Shown here in pieces: positions 42,249-55,746 of a DNA stretch of 64,000 nucleotides. The notes below the pieces were generated by a model. That model worked only from the letters and a program-made list of their open reading frames with translations. It ran no database searches and was not told the origin of the DNA. Both the position numbers and the translations under genes were made by a program. Numbering within the stretch: position 1 is the stretch's first letter; each line of letters opens with the position of its first letter. This DNA comes from Auanema rhodensis (lineage: Eukaryota > Animalia > Nematoda): the NCBI GenBank assembly GCA_964057225.1, contig OZ059897.1, positions 7,254,001-7,318,000 of the forward strand, given 5' to 3'.

Positions 42249-42539
42249 AAATATTCGATGTACAAGCATGTTGAAACTTTCATCTTCTCTGATTATTTAC
42301 TTTCTGATCTTTGATTTCTCCTTTGTGCTGCTAAACTTCCTACACCAATCTTTTTCATATGTATGAGTCACCATAACACCCATATGAAATACGGAAAACA
42401 ATTTTTAGTGTTTATATATAGAGAAATTGAATAGGATCCATTGGATTGGTCCGGAGGTTGTGGGTTATCTTGAAAATTTGTCAAACCCCTCCCATAACCA
42501 TACACTCGACTTATCTTTTTCAGTTTTTTTCGAAAAATT
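42249..42539 (+). repeat. Left arm of ~290 bp inverted repeat (partner 51974-52264)
   Basis: aaatattcgatgtacaagcatgttg...catacactcgacttatc...cgaaaaatt is the reverse complement of 51974-52264; one internal substitution seen (ggatCcatt vs ggatGcatt) plus small differences at the inner end. Confidence 0.95.
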
Positions 42540-45500
42540 GAAAAGTTACAGCCAAATCTCACTAAGATATTCAGATTCTACACATCTGAATACCCAACCT
42601 CAAACTATTATAATTTGATTATAGTTTATGATCTTTGAGGAAATCGAACAATCACCGGACACAACGTGCCTACAGCCTGAACTTTTTTGTGAACAAATTT
42701 TGTGGATGGGGTCGATATAAACCTTTTTTCCGGAAAATTGAAAAGTTACAGCCAAACCTCACTAAGATATTCAGATTCTACACATCTGAATACCCAACCT
42801 CAAACTATTATAATTTGATTATAGTTTATGATCTTTGAGGAAATCGAACAATCACCGGACACAACGTGCCTACAGCCTGAACTTTTTTGTGAACAAATTT
42901 TGTGGATGGGGTCGATATAAACCTTTTTTCCGGAAAATTGAAAAGTTACAGCCAAACCTCACTAAGATATTCAGATTCTACACATCTGAATACCCAACCT
43001 CAAACTATTATAATTTGATTATAGTTTATGATCTTTGAGTAAATCGAACAATCACCGGACACAACGTGCCTACAGCCTGAACTTTTTTGTGAACAAATTT
43101 TGTGGATGGGGTCGATATAAACCTTTTTTCCGGAAAATTGAAAAGTTACAGCCAAACCTCACTAAGATATTCAGATTCTACACATCTGAATACCCAACCT
43201 CAAACTATTATAATTTGATTATAGTTTATGATCTTTGAGTAAATCGAACAATCACCGGACACAACGTGCCTACAGCCTGAACTTTTTTGTGAACAAATTT
43301 TGTGGATGGGGTCGATATAAACCTTTTTTCCGGAAAATTGAAAAGTTCCAGCCAAATCTCACTAAGATATTCAGATTCTACACATCTGAATACCCAACCT
43401 CAAACTATTTTAATTTGATTATAGTTTATGATCTTTGAGTAAATCGAACAATCACCGGACACAACGTGCCTACAGCCTGAACTTTTTTGTGAACAAATTT
43501 TGTGGATGGGGTCGATATAAACCTTTTTTCCGGAAAATTGAAAAGTTCCAGCCAAATCTCACTAAGATATTCAGATTCTATACATCTGAATACCCAACCT
43601 CAAACTATTTTAATTTGATTATAGTTTATGATCTTTGAGTAAATCGAACAATCACCGGACACAACGTGCCTACAGCCTGAACTTTTTTGTGAACAAATTT
43701 TGTGGATGGGGTCGATATAAACCTTTTTTCCGGAAAATTGAAAAGTTACAGCCAAATCTCACTAAGATATTCAGATTCTACACATCTGAATACCCAACCT
43801 CAAACTATTTTAATTTGATTATAGTTTATGATCTTTGAGTAAATCGAACAATCACCGGACACAACGTGCCTACAGCCTGAACTTTTTTGTGAACAAATTT
43901 TGTGGATGGGGTCGATATAAACCTTTTTTCCGGAAAATTGAAAAGTTACAGCCAAATCTCACTAAGATATTCAGATTCTACACATCTGAATACCCAACCT
44001 CAAACTATTTTAATTTGATTATAGTTTATGATCTTTGAGTAAATCGAACAATCACCGGACACAACGTGCCTACAGCCTGAACTTTTTTGTGAACAAATTT
44101 TGTGGATGGGGTCGATATAAACCTTTTTTCCGGAAAATTGAAAAGTTACAGCCAAATCTCACTAAGATATTCAGATTCTACACATCTGAATACCCAACCT
44201 CAAACTATTTTAATTTGATTATAGTTTATGATCTTTGAGTAAATCGAACAATCACCGGACACAACGTGCCTACAGCCTGAACTTTTTTGTGAACAAATTT
44301 TGTGGATGGGGTCGATATAAACCTTTTTTCCGGAAAATTGAAAAGTTACAGCCAAATCTCACTAAGATATTCAGATTCTACACATCTGAATACCCAACCT
44401 CAAACTATTTTAATTTGATTATAGTTTATGATCTTTGAGTAAATCGAACAATCACCGGACACAACGTGCCTACAGCCTGAACTTTTTTGTGAACAAATTT
44501 TGTGGATGGGGTCGATATAAACCTTTTTTCCGGAAAATTGAAAAGTTACAGCCAAATCTCACTAAGATATTCAGATTCTACACATCTGAATACCCAACCT
44601 CAAACTATTTTAATTTGATTATAGTTTATGATCTTTGAGTAAATCGAACAATCACCGGACACAACGTGCCTACAGCCTGAACTTTTTTGTGAACAAATTT
44701 TGTGGATGGGGTCGATATAAACCTTTTTTCCGGAAAATTGAAAAGTTACAGCCAAATCTCACTAAGATATTCAGATTCTACACATCTGAATACCCAACCT
44801 CAAACTATTTTAATTTGATTATAGTTTATGATCTTTGAGTAAATCGAACAATCACCGGACACAACGTGCCTACAGCCTGAACTTTTTTGTGAACAAATTT
44901 TGTGGATGGGGTCGATATAAACCTTTTTTCCGGAAAATTGAAAAGTTACAGCCAAATCTCACTAAGATATTCAGATTCTACACATCTGAATACCCAACCT
45001 CAAACTATTTTAATTTGATTATAGTTTATGATCTTTGAGTAAATCGAACAATCACCGGACACAACGTGCCTACAGCCTGAACTTTTTTGTGAACAAATTT
45101 TGTGGATGGGGTCGATATAAACCTTTTTTCCGGAAAATTGAAAAGTTACAGCCAAATCTCACTAAGATATTCAGATTCTACACATCTGAATACCCAACCT
45201 CAAACTATTTTAATTTGATTATAGTTTATGATCTTTGAGTAAATCGAACAATCACCGGACACAACGTGCCTACAGCCTGAACTTTTTTGTGAACAAATTT
45301 TGTGGATGGGGTCGATATAAACCTTTTTTCCGGAAAATTGAAAAGTTACAGCCAAATCTCACTAAGATATTCAGATTCTACACATCTGAATACCCAACCT
45401 CAAACTATTTTAATTTGATTATAGTTTATGATCTTTGAGTAAATCGAACAATCACCGGACACAACGTGCCTACAGCCTGAACTTTTTTGTGAACAAATTT

Positions 45501-48500
45501 TGTGGATGGGGTCGATATAAACCTTTTTTCCGGAAAATTGAAAAGTTACAGCCAAATCTCACTAAAATATTCAGATTCTACACATCTGAATACCCAACCT
45601 CAAACTATTTTAATTTGATTATAGTTTATGATCTTTGAGTAAATCGAACAATCACCGGACACAACGTGCCTACAGCCTGAACTTTTTTGTGAACAAATTT
45701 TGTGGATGGGGTCGATATAAACCTTTTTTCCGGAAAATTGAAAAGTTACAGCCAAATCTCACTAAGATATTCAGATTCTACACATCTGAATACCCAACCT
45801 CAAACTATTTTAATTTGATTATAGTTTATGATCTTTGAGTAAATCGAACAATCACCGGACACAACGTGCCTACAGCCTGAACTTTTTTGTGAACAAATTT
45901 TGTGGATGGGGTCGATATAAACCTTTTTTCCGGAAAATTGAAAAGTTACAGCCAAATCTCACTAAGATATTCAGATTCTACACATCTGAATACCCAACCT
46001 CAAACTATTTTAATTTGATTATAGTTTATGATCTTTGAGTAAATCGAACAATCACCGGACACAACGTGCCTACAGCCTGAACTTTTTTGTGAACAAATTT
46101 TGTGGATGGGGTCGATATAAACCTTTTTTCCGGAAAATTGAAAAGTTACAGCCAAATCTCACTAAGATATTCAGATTCTACACATCTGAATACCCAACCT
46201 CAAACTATTTTAATTTGATTATAGTTTATGATCTTTGAGTAAATCGAACAATCACCGGACACAACGTGCCTACAGCCTGAACTTTTTTGTGAACAAATTT
46301 TGTGGATGGGGTCGATATAAACCTTTTTTCCGGAAAATTGAAAAGTTACAGCCAAATCTCACTAAGATATTCAGATTCTACACATCTGAATACCCAACCT
46401 CAAACTATTTTAATTTGATTATAGTTTATGATCTTTGAGTAAATCGAACAATCACCGGACACAACGTGCCTACAGCCTGAACTTTTTTGTGAACAAATTT
46501 TGTGGATGGGGTCGATATAAACCTTTTTTCCGGAAAATTGAAAAGTTACAGCCAAATCTCACTAAGATATTCAGATTCTACACATCTGAATACCCAACCT
46601 CAAACTATTTTAATTTGATTATAGTTTATGATCTTTGAGTAAATCGAACAATCACCGGACACAACGTGCCTACAGCCTGAACTTTTTTGTGAACAAATTT
46701 TGTGGATGGGGTCGATATAAACCTTTTTTCCGGAAAATTGAAAAGTTACAGCCAAATCTCACTAAGATATTCAGATTCTACACATCTGAATACCCAACCT
46801 CAAACTATTTTAATTTGATTATAGTTTATGATCTTTGAGTAAATCGAACAATCACCGGACACAACGTGCCTACAGCCTGAACTTTTTTGTGAACAAATTT
46901 TGTGGATGGGGTCGATATAAACCTTTTTTCCGGAAAATTGAAAAGTTACAGCCAAATCTCACTAAGATATTCAGATTCTACACATCTGAATACCCAACCT
47001 CAAACTATTTTAATTTGATTATAGTTTATGATCTTTGAGTAAATCGAACAATCACCGGACACAACGTGCCTACAGCCTGAACTTTTTTGTGAACAAATTT
47101 TGTGGATGGGGTCGATATAAACCTTTTTTCCGGAAAATTGAAAAGTTCCAGCCAAATCTCACTAAGATATTCAGATTCTACACATCTGAATACCCAACCT
47201 CAAACTATTATAATTTGATTATAGTTTATGATCTTTGAGGAAATCGAATAATCACCGGACACAACGTGCCTACAGCCTGAACTTTTTTGTGAACAAATTT
47301 TGTGGATGGGGTCGATATAAACCTTTTTTCCGGAAAATTGAAAAGTTCCAGCCAAATCTCACTAAGATATTCAGATTCTACACATCTGAATACCCAACCT
47401 CAAACTATTTTAATTTGATTATAGTTTATGATCTTTGAGGAAATCGAACAATCACCGGACACAACGTGCCTACAGCCTGAACTTTTTTGTGAACAAATTT
47501 TGTGGATGGGGTCGATATAAACCTTTTTTCCGGAAAATTGAAAAGTTCCAGCCAAATCTCACTAAGATATTCAGATTCTACACATCTGAATACCCAACCT
47601 CAAACTATTATAATTTGATTATAGTTTATGATCTTTGAGGAAATCGAACAATCACCGGACACAACGTGCCTACAGCCTGAACTTTTTTGTGAACAAATTT
47701 TGTGGATGGGGTCGATATAAACCTTTTTTCCGGAAAATTGAAAAGTTCCAGCCAAATCTCACTAAGATATTCAGATTCTACACATCTGAATACCCAACCT
47801 CAAACTATTATAATTTGATTATAGTTTATGATCTTTGAGGAAATCGAATAATCACCGGACACAACGTGCCTACAGCCTGAACTTTTTTGTGAACAAATTT
47901 TGTGGATGGGGTCGATATAAACCTTTTTTCCGGAAAATTGAAAAGTTCCAGCCAAATCTCACTAAGATATTCAGATTCTACACATCTGAATACCCAACCT
48001 CAAACTATTTTAATTTGATTATAGTTTATGATCTTTGAGGAAATCGAACAATCACCGGACACAACGTGCCTACAGCCTGAACTTTTTTGTGAACAAATTT
48101 TGTGGATGGGGTCGATATAAACCTTTTTTCCGGAAAATTGAAAAGTTCCAGCCAAATCTCACTAAGATATTCAGATTCTACACATCTGAATACCCAACCT
48201 CAAACTATTATAATTTGATTATAGTTTATGATCTTTGAGGAAATCGAACAATCACCGGACACAACGTGCCTACAGCCTGAACTTTTTTGTGAACAAATTT
48301 TGTGGATGGGGTCGATATAAACCTTTTTTCCGGAAAATTGAAAAGTTCCAGCCAAATCTCACTAAGATATTCAGATTCTACACATCTGAATACCCAACCT
48401 CAAACTATTATAATTTGATTATAGTTTATGATCTTTGAGGAAATCGAATAATCACCGGACACAACGTGCCTACAGCCTGAACTTTTTTGTGAACAAATTT

Positions 48501-49250
48501 TGTGGATGGGGTCGATATAAACCTTTTTTCCGGAAAATTGAAAAGTTCCAGCCAAATCTCACTAAGATATTCAGATTCTACACATCTGAATACCCAACCT
48601 CAAACTATTTTAATTTGATTATAGTTTATGATCTTTGAGTAAATCGAACAATCACCGGACACAACGTGCCTACAGCCTGAACTTTTTTGTGAACAAATTT
48701 TGTGGATGGGGTCGATATAAACCTTTTTTCCGGAAAATTGAAAAGTTCCAGCCAAATCTCACTAAGATATTCAGATTCTACACATCTGAATACCCAACCT
48801 CAAACTATTTTAATTTGATTATAGTTTATGATCTTTGAGGAAATCGAACAATCACCGGACACAACGTGCCTACAGCCTGAACTTTTTTGTGAACAAATTT
48901 TGTGGATGGGGTCGATATAAACCTTTTTTCCGGAAATTTGAAAAGTTACAGCCAAACCTCACTAAGATATTCAGATTCTACACATCTGAATACCCAACCT
49001 CAAACTATTATAATTTGATTATAGTTTATGATCTTTGAGTAAATCGAACAATCACCGGACACAACGTGCCTACAGCCTGAACTTTTTTGTGAACAAATTT
49101 TGTGGATGGGGTCGATATAAACCTTTTTTCCGGAAAATTGAAAAGTTACAGCCAAATCTCACTAAGATATTCAGATTCTACACATCTGAATACCCAACCT
49201 CAAACTATTATAATTTGATTATAGTTTATGATCTTTGAGGAAAACGAATA
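42531..49250. repeat. Tandem satellite, 200-bp unit, ~33.6 copies, near-identical
   Basis: Exact 200-bp periodicity (same ORF every 200 nt from 42635 to 49035); only a few variant positions. Confidence 0.99.
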
Positions 49251-49386
49251 GAAATTTTTGGTATACTTGGTATACCTTGAAAAGTGTTCACAAATTAATA
49301 TTAGATCTACTTTGGTAAACTTGGTTAACCTGGTAATCTTGTCTATTTCTATGTAAACCTAGTTTGGTAAACTTGTTGAGTTTTCC

Positions 49387-49430
49387 TTGTCAAACCCCCC
49401 CCCCCTATAGCCATACACTTGACTTATCTT
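49387..49430 (+). repeat. Diverged direct copy of the IR inner motif (42478-42518) on the right side of the satellite
   Basis: ttgtcaaaccccccccccctatagccatacacttgacttatctt vs ttgtcaaacccctcccataaccatacactcgacttatctt. Confidence 0.85.
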
Positions 49431-50436
49431 AAACTATTCGTAGCAAAACTAAATATTCTTTTTGCAGTCGTTTTATAAAATTTTCTTCTTCCATGATCAT
49501 GTACAATTTGAATAAGTTGTATTAATAAGTTCTGCTTTTTGATTGCACAAAAGTTGGAAGAATTATTTAATTCTTTTTCTCAGAACATTTCTAACTTTCT
49601 TTATATTATTATGTATCAACTACAATGAGCATACAGTCGTGTTCAAAAATCTTCCGGCATATTTTTGGTAAGTTTAGCTTTATATCTTTCGAGACAAATT
49701 ATAAAAATTCAGGAAAAATATATTTTGAGTGTTAAAAAATGTTTAAAAGTATTTTCTGAAGTCACAGAAATTTTCATAAAGTGCTTGAAGTCTTCTTTCT
49801 TGAATTTCATGAGTTTCATCAAGACTTCAGAAATAATTTTTCGATAGAATGTTAGGAGTACACTAAACGTCTATTTTTCTTTTGAATGGGAGATTTTGGT
49901 TGTACGTCGACCAAGTTCTCTTCTTCTAGATTTTCAGTAAGATTCAGATGTTGAAGTTCCAAAAACACTATATTTCCTTATAAATTTAGAAAAAATATTG
50001 AAATCAGTTTTAGTTATATTAACATATTTTGACTGAATATATACTATATGTGTCCCGAACAAATAGAACAATATAAATCTCTGAATATTTATTATAATAT
50101 TTGTTAAATTGCGACTACTCGCTGGAGGAGTTTAAATAAAACTGATTTAACAATAAGAAAAGGAAACGATGTTAACGGTTTTTTCACGTGATTTCTACGT
50201 CACGTCGTTTTCTTCGTTCGCGTACGACCGCTCTCCTCAGAATGTACATGAAAAATAGTTTGAATTCCGATTATTTCTAATAGTTTGAATTCCGATTAAT
50301 TATTTTTTTCGTAGTTTTCTGGAGTTTAATTATTAATTTGTGAGTACTCGAGAAAAGAACTACGAATATCTATTATAATCTATCATATCTTATATATAAC
50401 TAACCATTTAGTATGCGGATTAGTTGGCAGTGCCAA

Positions 50437-51794
50437 ATGTTGACAGGTGTGCATGAGTCCGGCTATGAGCTCGTTTACTGTCCGAAAAGTCCTGTTCCGG
50501 AAGTTAAATCATGGTATTTCGTTTCTTCTTATGCTATTGGTATTATTACTCTTGTCTTTGGAATCTACTGTTCACGTCTGATGCTTAAAACATTAACAGA
50601 TGAATATGGATCATTTGTTAAATATATTTATGTTTATCATGTTTATAGTATATTATCATCAATTATTATTTCCTTGCTATGTGTATGTTGTGATTATATA
50701 AAAACAAACAAACAAAGTAAAACGAATTTAGTGTCCAGTATATTATCTGCCCCTTATGTCTGGATATAGTATTGGTCTTTTGAATTATTTAAATATTTCG
50801 TTCCTAACGCAATATTATTTGAACGCATTTTCACATCTAGTGATCCTTGGTGTGATTCAAATTCTATTTTTTTATCGATACTGGATAGTTCGCAGTCAGA
50901 ATTCTAATTCGAGTTCTTTTTTATTTTATTTCGGAATTCTAATGAATCTTCTCATATACGTAGTACCGTTTCTAGCGGTTATGCCGTGTATTTCCCACGA
51001 TTTATCTAGTTTAGAAAGTTTGGTTAAAGTATGTTTTGAGAAAAACTGTTCGAAATGTTCTCTTCTAGTCATGTCCAGCATATTCTACACTTCTGAGCAT
51101 TCCAAACGCAGCTAATATAGGAAGATATCACAATGAATTATCACTTCGTTTGGAAAATTTAATATTTTGGCTGAGTGGAGCGTTATTCATAATATCTTTA
51201 TTCATTCTAAAACACTTAATAATAAGTAATTTGGATAAACAGAAGTTATCGATGTCTCAGAAGACATTATTGCTTCATCGAAAGCTACTTCGAGCTCTTC
51301 AGTTCCAGGTTATTTTTTGACAATTTAGACATATTATTGAAACCAAAAAGATGTTTCAGGCTTTCGTACCATCTGGTTTCATTGCTGGGCCGTTCATAAT
51401 TGTTGCAAGTGTAATGATGTTTGATATACCTGTTTCATTAGGCTTGAAAATAAATTTGGAGAAAGTTCTCATATTCATTTTCAGATATTTCCCATTTATT
51501 GATTACATGTACGCAATTGCATGGTATAGCTAATACAATAGGGATTATAGTTCTTAATAATACTTTATTAACTCAATTCATTCAAGGTAGAATTATGAAA
51601 TGTAAATATTTTTTAAATCAAATTAATAGATTGTCTTCGACTACTGCTCATAAAACAAAAAATTATTCTAAAAGCTCCTTTTTCATCTTTTAGTTTCAAG
51701 GTTGTTATAAATAAGTTTAAGAAGATAATAATATTGTATTTTAAAGTCTGCTACCACAAAAGCTACAACAGAAAATACTGTTCATCCACTATAA
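50437..51794 (+). CDS. Serpentine 7TM chemoreceptor, Srh/Str superfamily (paralog 1); one GC-AG intron
   Basis: GYSIGLLNYL, LFFYRY, MSQKTLLLHRKLLRALQFQAFVP, QLHGIANT; start set by alignment to paralogs (upstream in-frame ATG at 50413 also exists). Confidence 0.85.
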
Positions 51795-51973
51795 ATTTAT
51801 ATATTTCAACAATATTTTTTAAATATAAAGTTATTATGCTTGGAATATAAAGATAAGATAAGTTTTGTTGTACAATTTGATAAATGTTTTAAAATAATTT
51901 TAAGCAATAAAAACAAAATAATGAAAAAGGAATAATAATTTCTATAAATACTTACGTATATTCAAATTTATAA

Positions 51974-52264
51974 AATTTTTCGTAAAAAACTGAAAAAGAT
52001 AAGTCGAGTGTATGGTTATGGGAGGGGTTTGACAAATTTTCAAGATAACCCACAACCTCCGGACCAATCCAATGCATCCTATTCAATTTCTCTATATATA
52101 AACACTAAAAATTGTTTTCCGTATTTCATATGGGTGTTATGGTGACTCATACATATGAAAAAGATTGGTGTAGGAAGTTTAGCAGCACAAAGGAGAAATC
52201 AAAGATCAGAAAGTAAATAATCAGAGAAGATGAAAGTTTCAACATGCTTGTACATCGAATATTT
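51974..52264 (-). repeat. Right arm of ~290 bp inverted repeat
   Basis: Reverse complement of 42249-42539. Confidence 0.95.
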
Positions 52265-52621
52265 CTTTGGTTCACAGTTCAGAATAATGCATTTTCTTGT
52301 TTATCTTATAGAATTTAGTTTCAAACTCGAAGCTTTGTATTATTCTCGATTTTTCTGTATGGCTAGTGACAGGTATAATTTGGTATTTAAATTGTTTATT
52401 ACATACATATACATATCATAGAATATGTTCTAAGTTGACTGTTATTTATTGTTAATTCATCATTTCCGCCTTACATTACAAAGCAATTTCGGTTGTTTCA
52501 CAGTTTATTGTTAAAATCAGAGTTTGAGTGTAGGATTAAACCAGCGTCAAAAACACAACTACAATAAATCAGCTAGAAGAATATAATTATAATTCCATAA
52601 AAATAATATAAATAATATAAT

Positions 52622-54263
52622 TTAAATTGGATGAACAGTACTACGAGTTGTTGTTAGTGTAGATGATTTCTAAATTTTAAAATAATTTAGATGAATCTGT
52701 GGACAAACGCCAAACCTTTGATGCAAATGAAGCTTTCAGAACCAATTTTTCCTTGACACCCACTAGATTAAGAAAATCTAAATGGAATCTGCTTGTTATT
52801 TGAAAACATATTCAAAATACCTTGAATGAATTGAGTTAATAAAATATTATTAAGAACTATAATCCCTATTGTATTAGCTATACCATGCAATTGCGTACAT
52901 GTAATCAATAAATGGGAAATATCTGAAATTCATTTAAATATTTCGCTTAAAATACATTGTGAAACCTAGAGGCAATGGTATATCGAAATACATAATAATA
53001 TAGAATATTACAACTGGACAAGCTACAAAGCTAGTTGGAACATAAGCCTTAAATTAATTATAAATATTACGTCTATGTATAAGAGAATGCGGTGTTTTTA
53101 TGTTTCAGAATAGAAAAGAACACATTACGAACCCATACAATGTTATTCTATACTTTTAGGCTCTTTTATTGTTCGTTTAGGGATCATTTAATTTTCATTT
53201 GTGCTTTGAATATCATTTTTAATTTTTGTTTCTCAGTTGCTGAATAGTTTATAGAGTTTATCGAATATAATTTGCTCTTTTTTCATTAGTTCACGCGTTG
53301 TGGGGCACGTGTACCGAATTTAAATACGTCACAATATTCTAATTAAGCCGTGATTGTGAAGGAATTGTAATAAAGTTCTAAAAATAAATTTGAATATTAC
53401 TTGAATTTGAAGAGCTCGAAGTAGCTTTCGATGAAGCAATAATGTCTTCTGAGACATCGATAACTTCTGTTTATCCAAATTACTTATAATTAAGTGTTTT
53501 AGAATGAATAAAGATATTATGAAAAGTACAGAAATTATAAAAAATAAAATGAGATCCATTCGAAGAAAAAATTCATTGTGATATCTTCCTATATTAGCTG
53601 CGTTTGGAATGTTCAGAAGCGTAGAATAAGCTGGACATGACTAGAAGAGAACATTTCGAACAGTTTTTCTCAAAACATACTTTAACCAAACTTTCTAAAC
53701 TAGATAAATCGTGCGGAATGAAAATCATAACGATTAATAATGGAACAACATATGTCAGGCTTATTAGTATAACTCCCAAACGAAATATCCAAGATCTATC
53801 ATCGTAGTTTCCTGCTCGAACTATCCAATATCGATAGAAAAACAATATGATACAGATGGCATATCCAGCAAAATGAAGAAAAACATTAAGATATATTTGA
53901 TATAAAAATGGAAAAGATAGATAATTCCAAAAACCTATGCTATATCCAGACAACAATGGCAGATAATATACTGGAGCCTAAATCTAATTCATATTTCTTG
54001 ACTTTACTTATTATTACCGCAAATAATGAAACGAATATTCCTGATATCATACAAGATATATGATAAACATAAATATATTTAACAAATGATCCATATTCAT
54101 CTGTTAATGTTTTAAGCATCAGACGTGAACAGTAGATTCCAAATATCAAAGTGCTCGCACCTATACCGTATGAGCTAACAATGAACCAGACTTTAGCTTC
54201 AGGAACAGTGCTACCTGGACAATAGCCAAGTTCGTAAGCTGAGCCGTTAATAGCGGTCTGCAT
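52622..54263 (-). CDS. Serpentine 7TM chemoreceptor, Srh/Str superfamily (paralog 2)
   Basis: MQTAINGSAYELGYCPG..., LFFYRYW, MSQKTLLLHRKLLRALQIQ, QLHGIANT, ends STVHPI*; same intron positions as paralogs. Confidence 0.85.
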
Positions 54264-54631
54264 TCAATGTATGTTTCAAGCAAAATGTTGGAAACAGATT
54301 TAAGAAAAATTACAAAATTGGATTACTGTTTTGTATCTTCATGCTCTTATAATTATTATCGTAAGCTGGATGCAATTAAGATATATTTAGCTATTCGTAT
54401 TATCAGATTTACGCAGATAGCCGTCAAGTACAAAATGGAAAATTAGATGCAGGGCCAGAAATAGTCAAAACTTATATGAGTTACACAATCCTAGACAATG
54501 AAAAAAATCAAAACAAAACTAGGCTCTTGTGCAGATGTCGCCACCCTACAATTTATGCAATTAAAATTCTAAATTTGTTTGTTAGCGGTTGTCTATTGCG
54601 CGAAAAAAATAATTATATTGAAAAAAATAAT

Positions 54632-55354
54632 TTATTTTGATAATGACTTTTGATAACAAGCGATATCATTTAAAATTAATTCAAAAATATCCTGTCCTCT
54701 GAATCGTTTTCTGTACATGTATTCACATAGATATGAATCTAACATTCCTTCATGTACTCCCCACATTCTTTTGAATCTCATTTTGGCAACATTCCACATT
54801 GATTCTACTTTGTTGGTGCAAGCACCAGTAGAAGGATCCACGATATTCTTCGAGTAGTTGACGGTCATGTGCTTGTAATTCATATCCATCAGAGGTATAC
54901 CGTTATAACTCTTCCAACAATCAGAAATGATGGTAGTTCCTTCTTTTATAGAAGCTTTGAGTGTTCTTGGTTCTATCAGGAACAACATAGATAAAGCATT
55001 AAATATACCTCCAAACCATGTGCCTGATTTTAAACTGAGCTCTTTATTGCACTTTTTATCGATGCAGCGGAATCGATCTCTCTTTTCAGAAAGCATTAAC
55101 TTCATTCTCGTACCACAAATACAAATTCTTTCTTTTGGGAGCAAATTCTTTTCTTGTAGAAATTGAATGCATTTTTCTTTTGTGCAAATTAGAAGCCAAA
55201 ATTCGAAACCATCAATTAATGCTTGATAACAAGGTTGAAATAAGGTTGTACTAAAGATATATAAATTGTTGTAATCAAGATATTCTTCTTCTTTACCATT
55301 AGGTGAATCAAGAAGTAAATTCATAAGTAGTCTTTCCACATCCACTCTTTCCAA
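54632..55354 (-). mobile_element. Merlin/IS1595 (ISXO2-like) transposase, internally deleted
   Basis: Zn ribbon CICG...FRCIDKKC...SLKSGTWF joined almost directly to GTTIISDCWKSY...HMTVNYSKN-VDPSTGACTNKVESMW...YLCEYMYR; the VEIDE/WVFG core segment is missing. Confidence 0.85.
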
Positions 55355-55746
55355 TAATACAACCTCTTATTGATTGAGGAAGTAATGGGTTATTATTTCT
55401 TTCAGGATATTAATTTTTGACACTATAATCATTAAATTCAGAAGTCATTCTTCTTTTGAAAATATTTTTTTTATTTAAATGACAACATTATTTCTCAATT
55501 TGTACAGAATTAATTTTTTTAATAACCCGTACCATTACCGACTGCGCTATAACCGTCACCGTTTAGCTTGCTAGGGTATGGTATACGCAAATGATGTTAC
55601 GCTTTCCACGTGCACGCTAATGTAAAAACAGCGTCTTTTCACTTCATTTGGATTCAAAATAAATCTGCACGCAGTAGAAAAATTTAAAAAAATGCCGTTA
55701 GTTTAAAATAATTGTCATTAATTCGAAAAATAAAATAATTTTAAGA

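Noticed and set aside
42635-49238. 33 repeated 67-aa ORFs as a tandem gene array
   Set aside because: They start at TTG, overlap end to end and are a by-product of the 200-bp period; no gene structure or recognisable protein
42531-49250. CRISPR-like array, or 5S/SL RNA gene cluster
   Set aside because: Eukaryotic context and no unique spacers; no 5S sequence; only fragmentary resemblance to SL1 (tacccaa; gtttgagg on the other strand) and to an Sm site, not a contiguous leader
50255-50302. Short tandem duplication aatagtttgaattccgatta x2
   Set aside because: Ordinary slippage duplication with no functional indication
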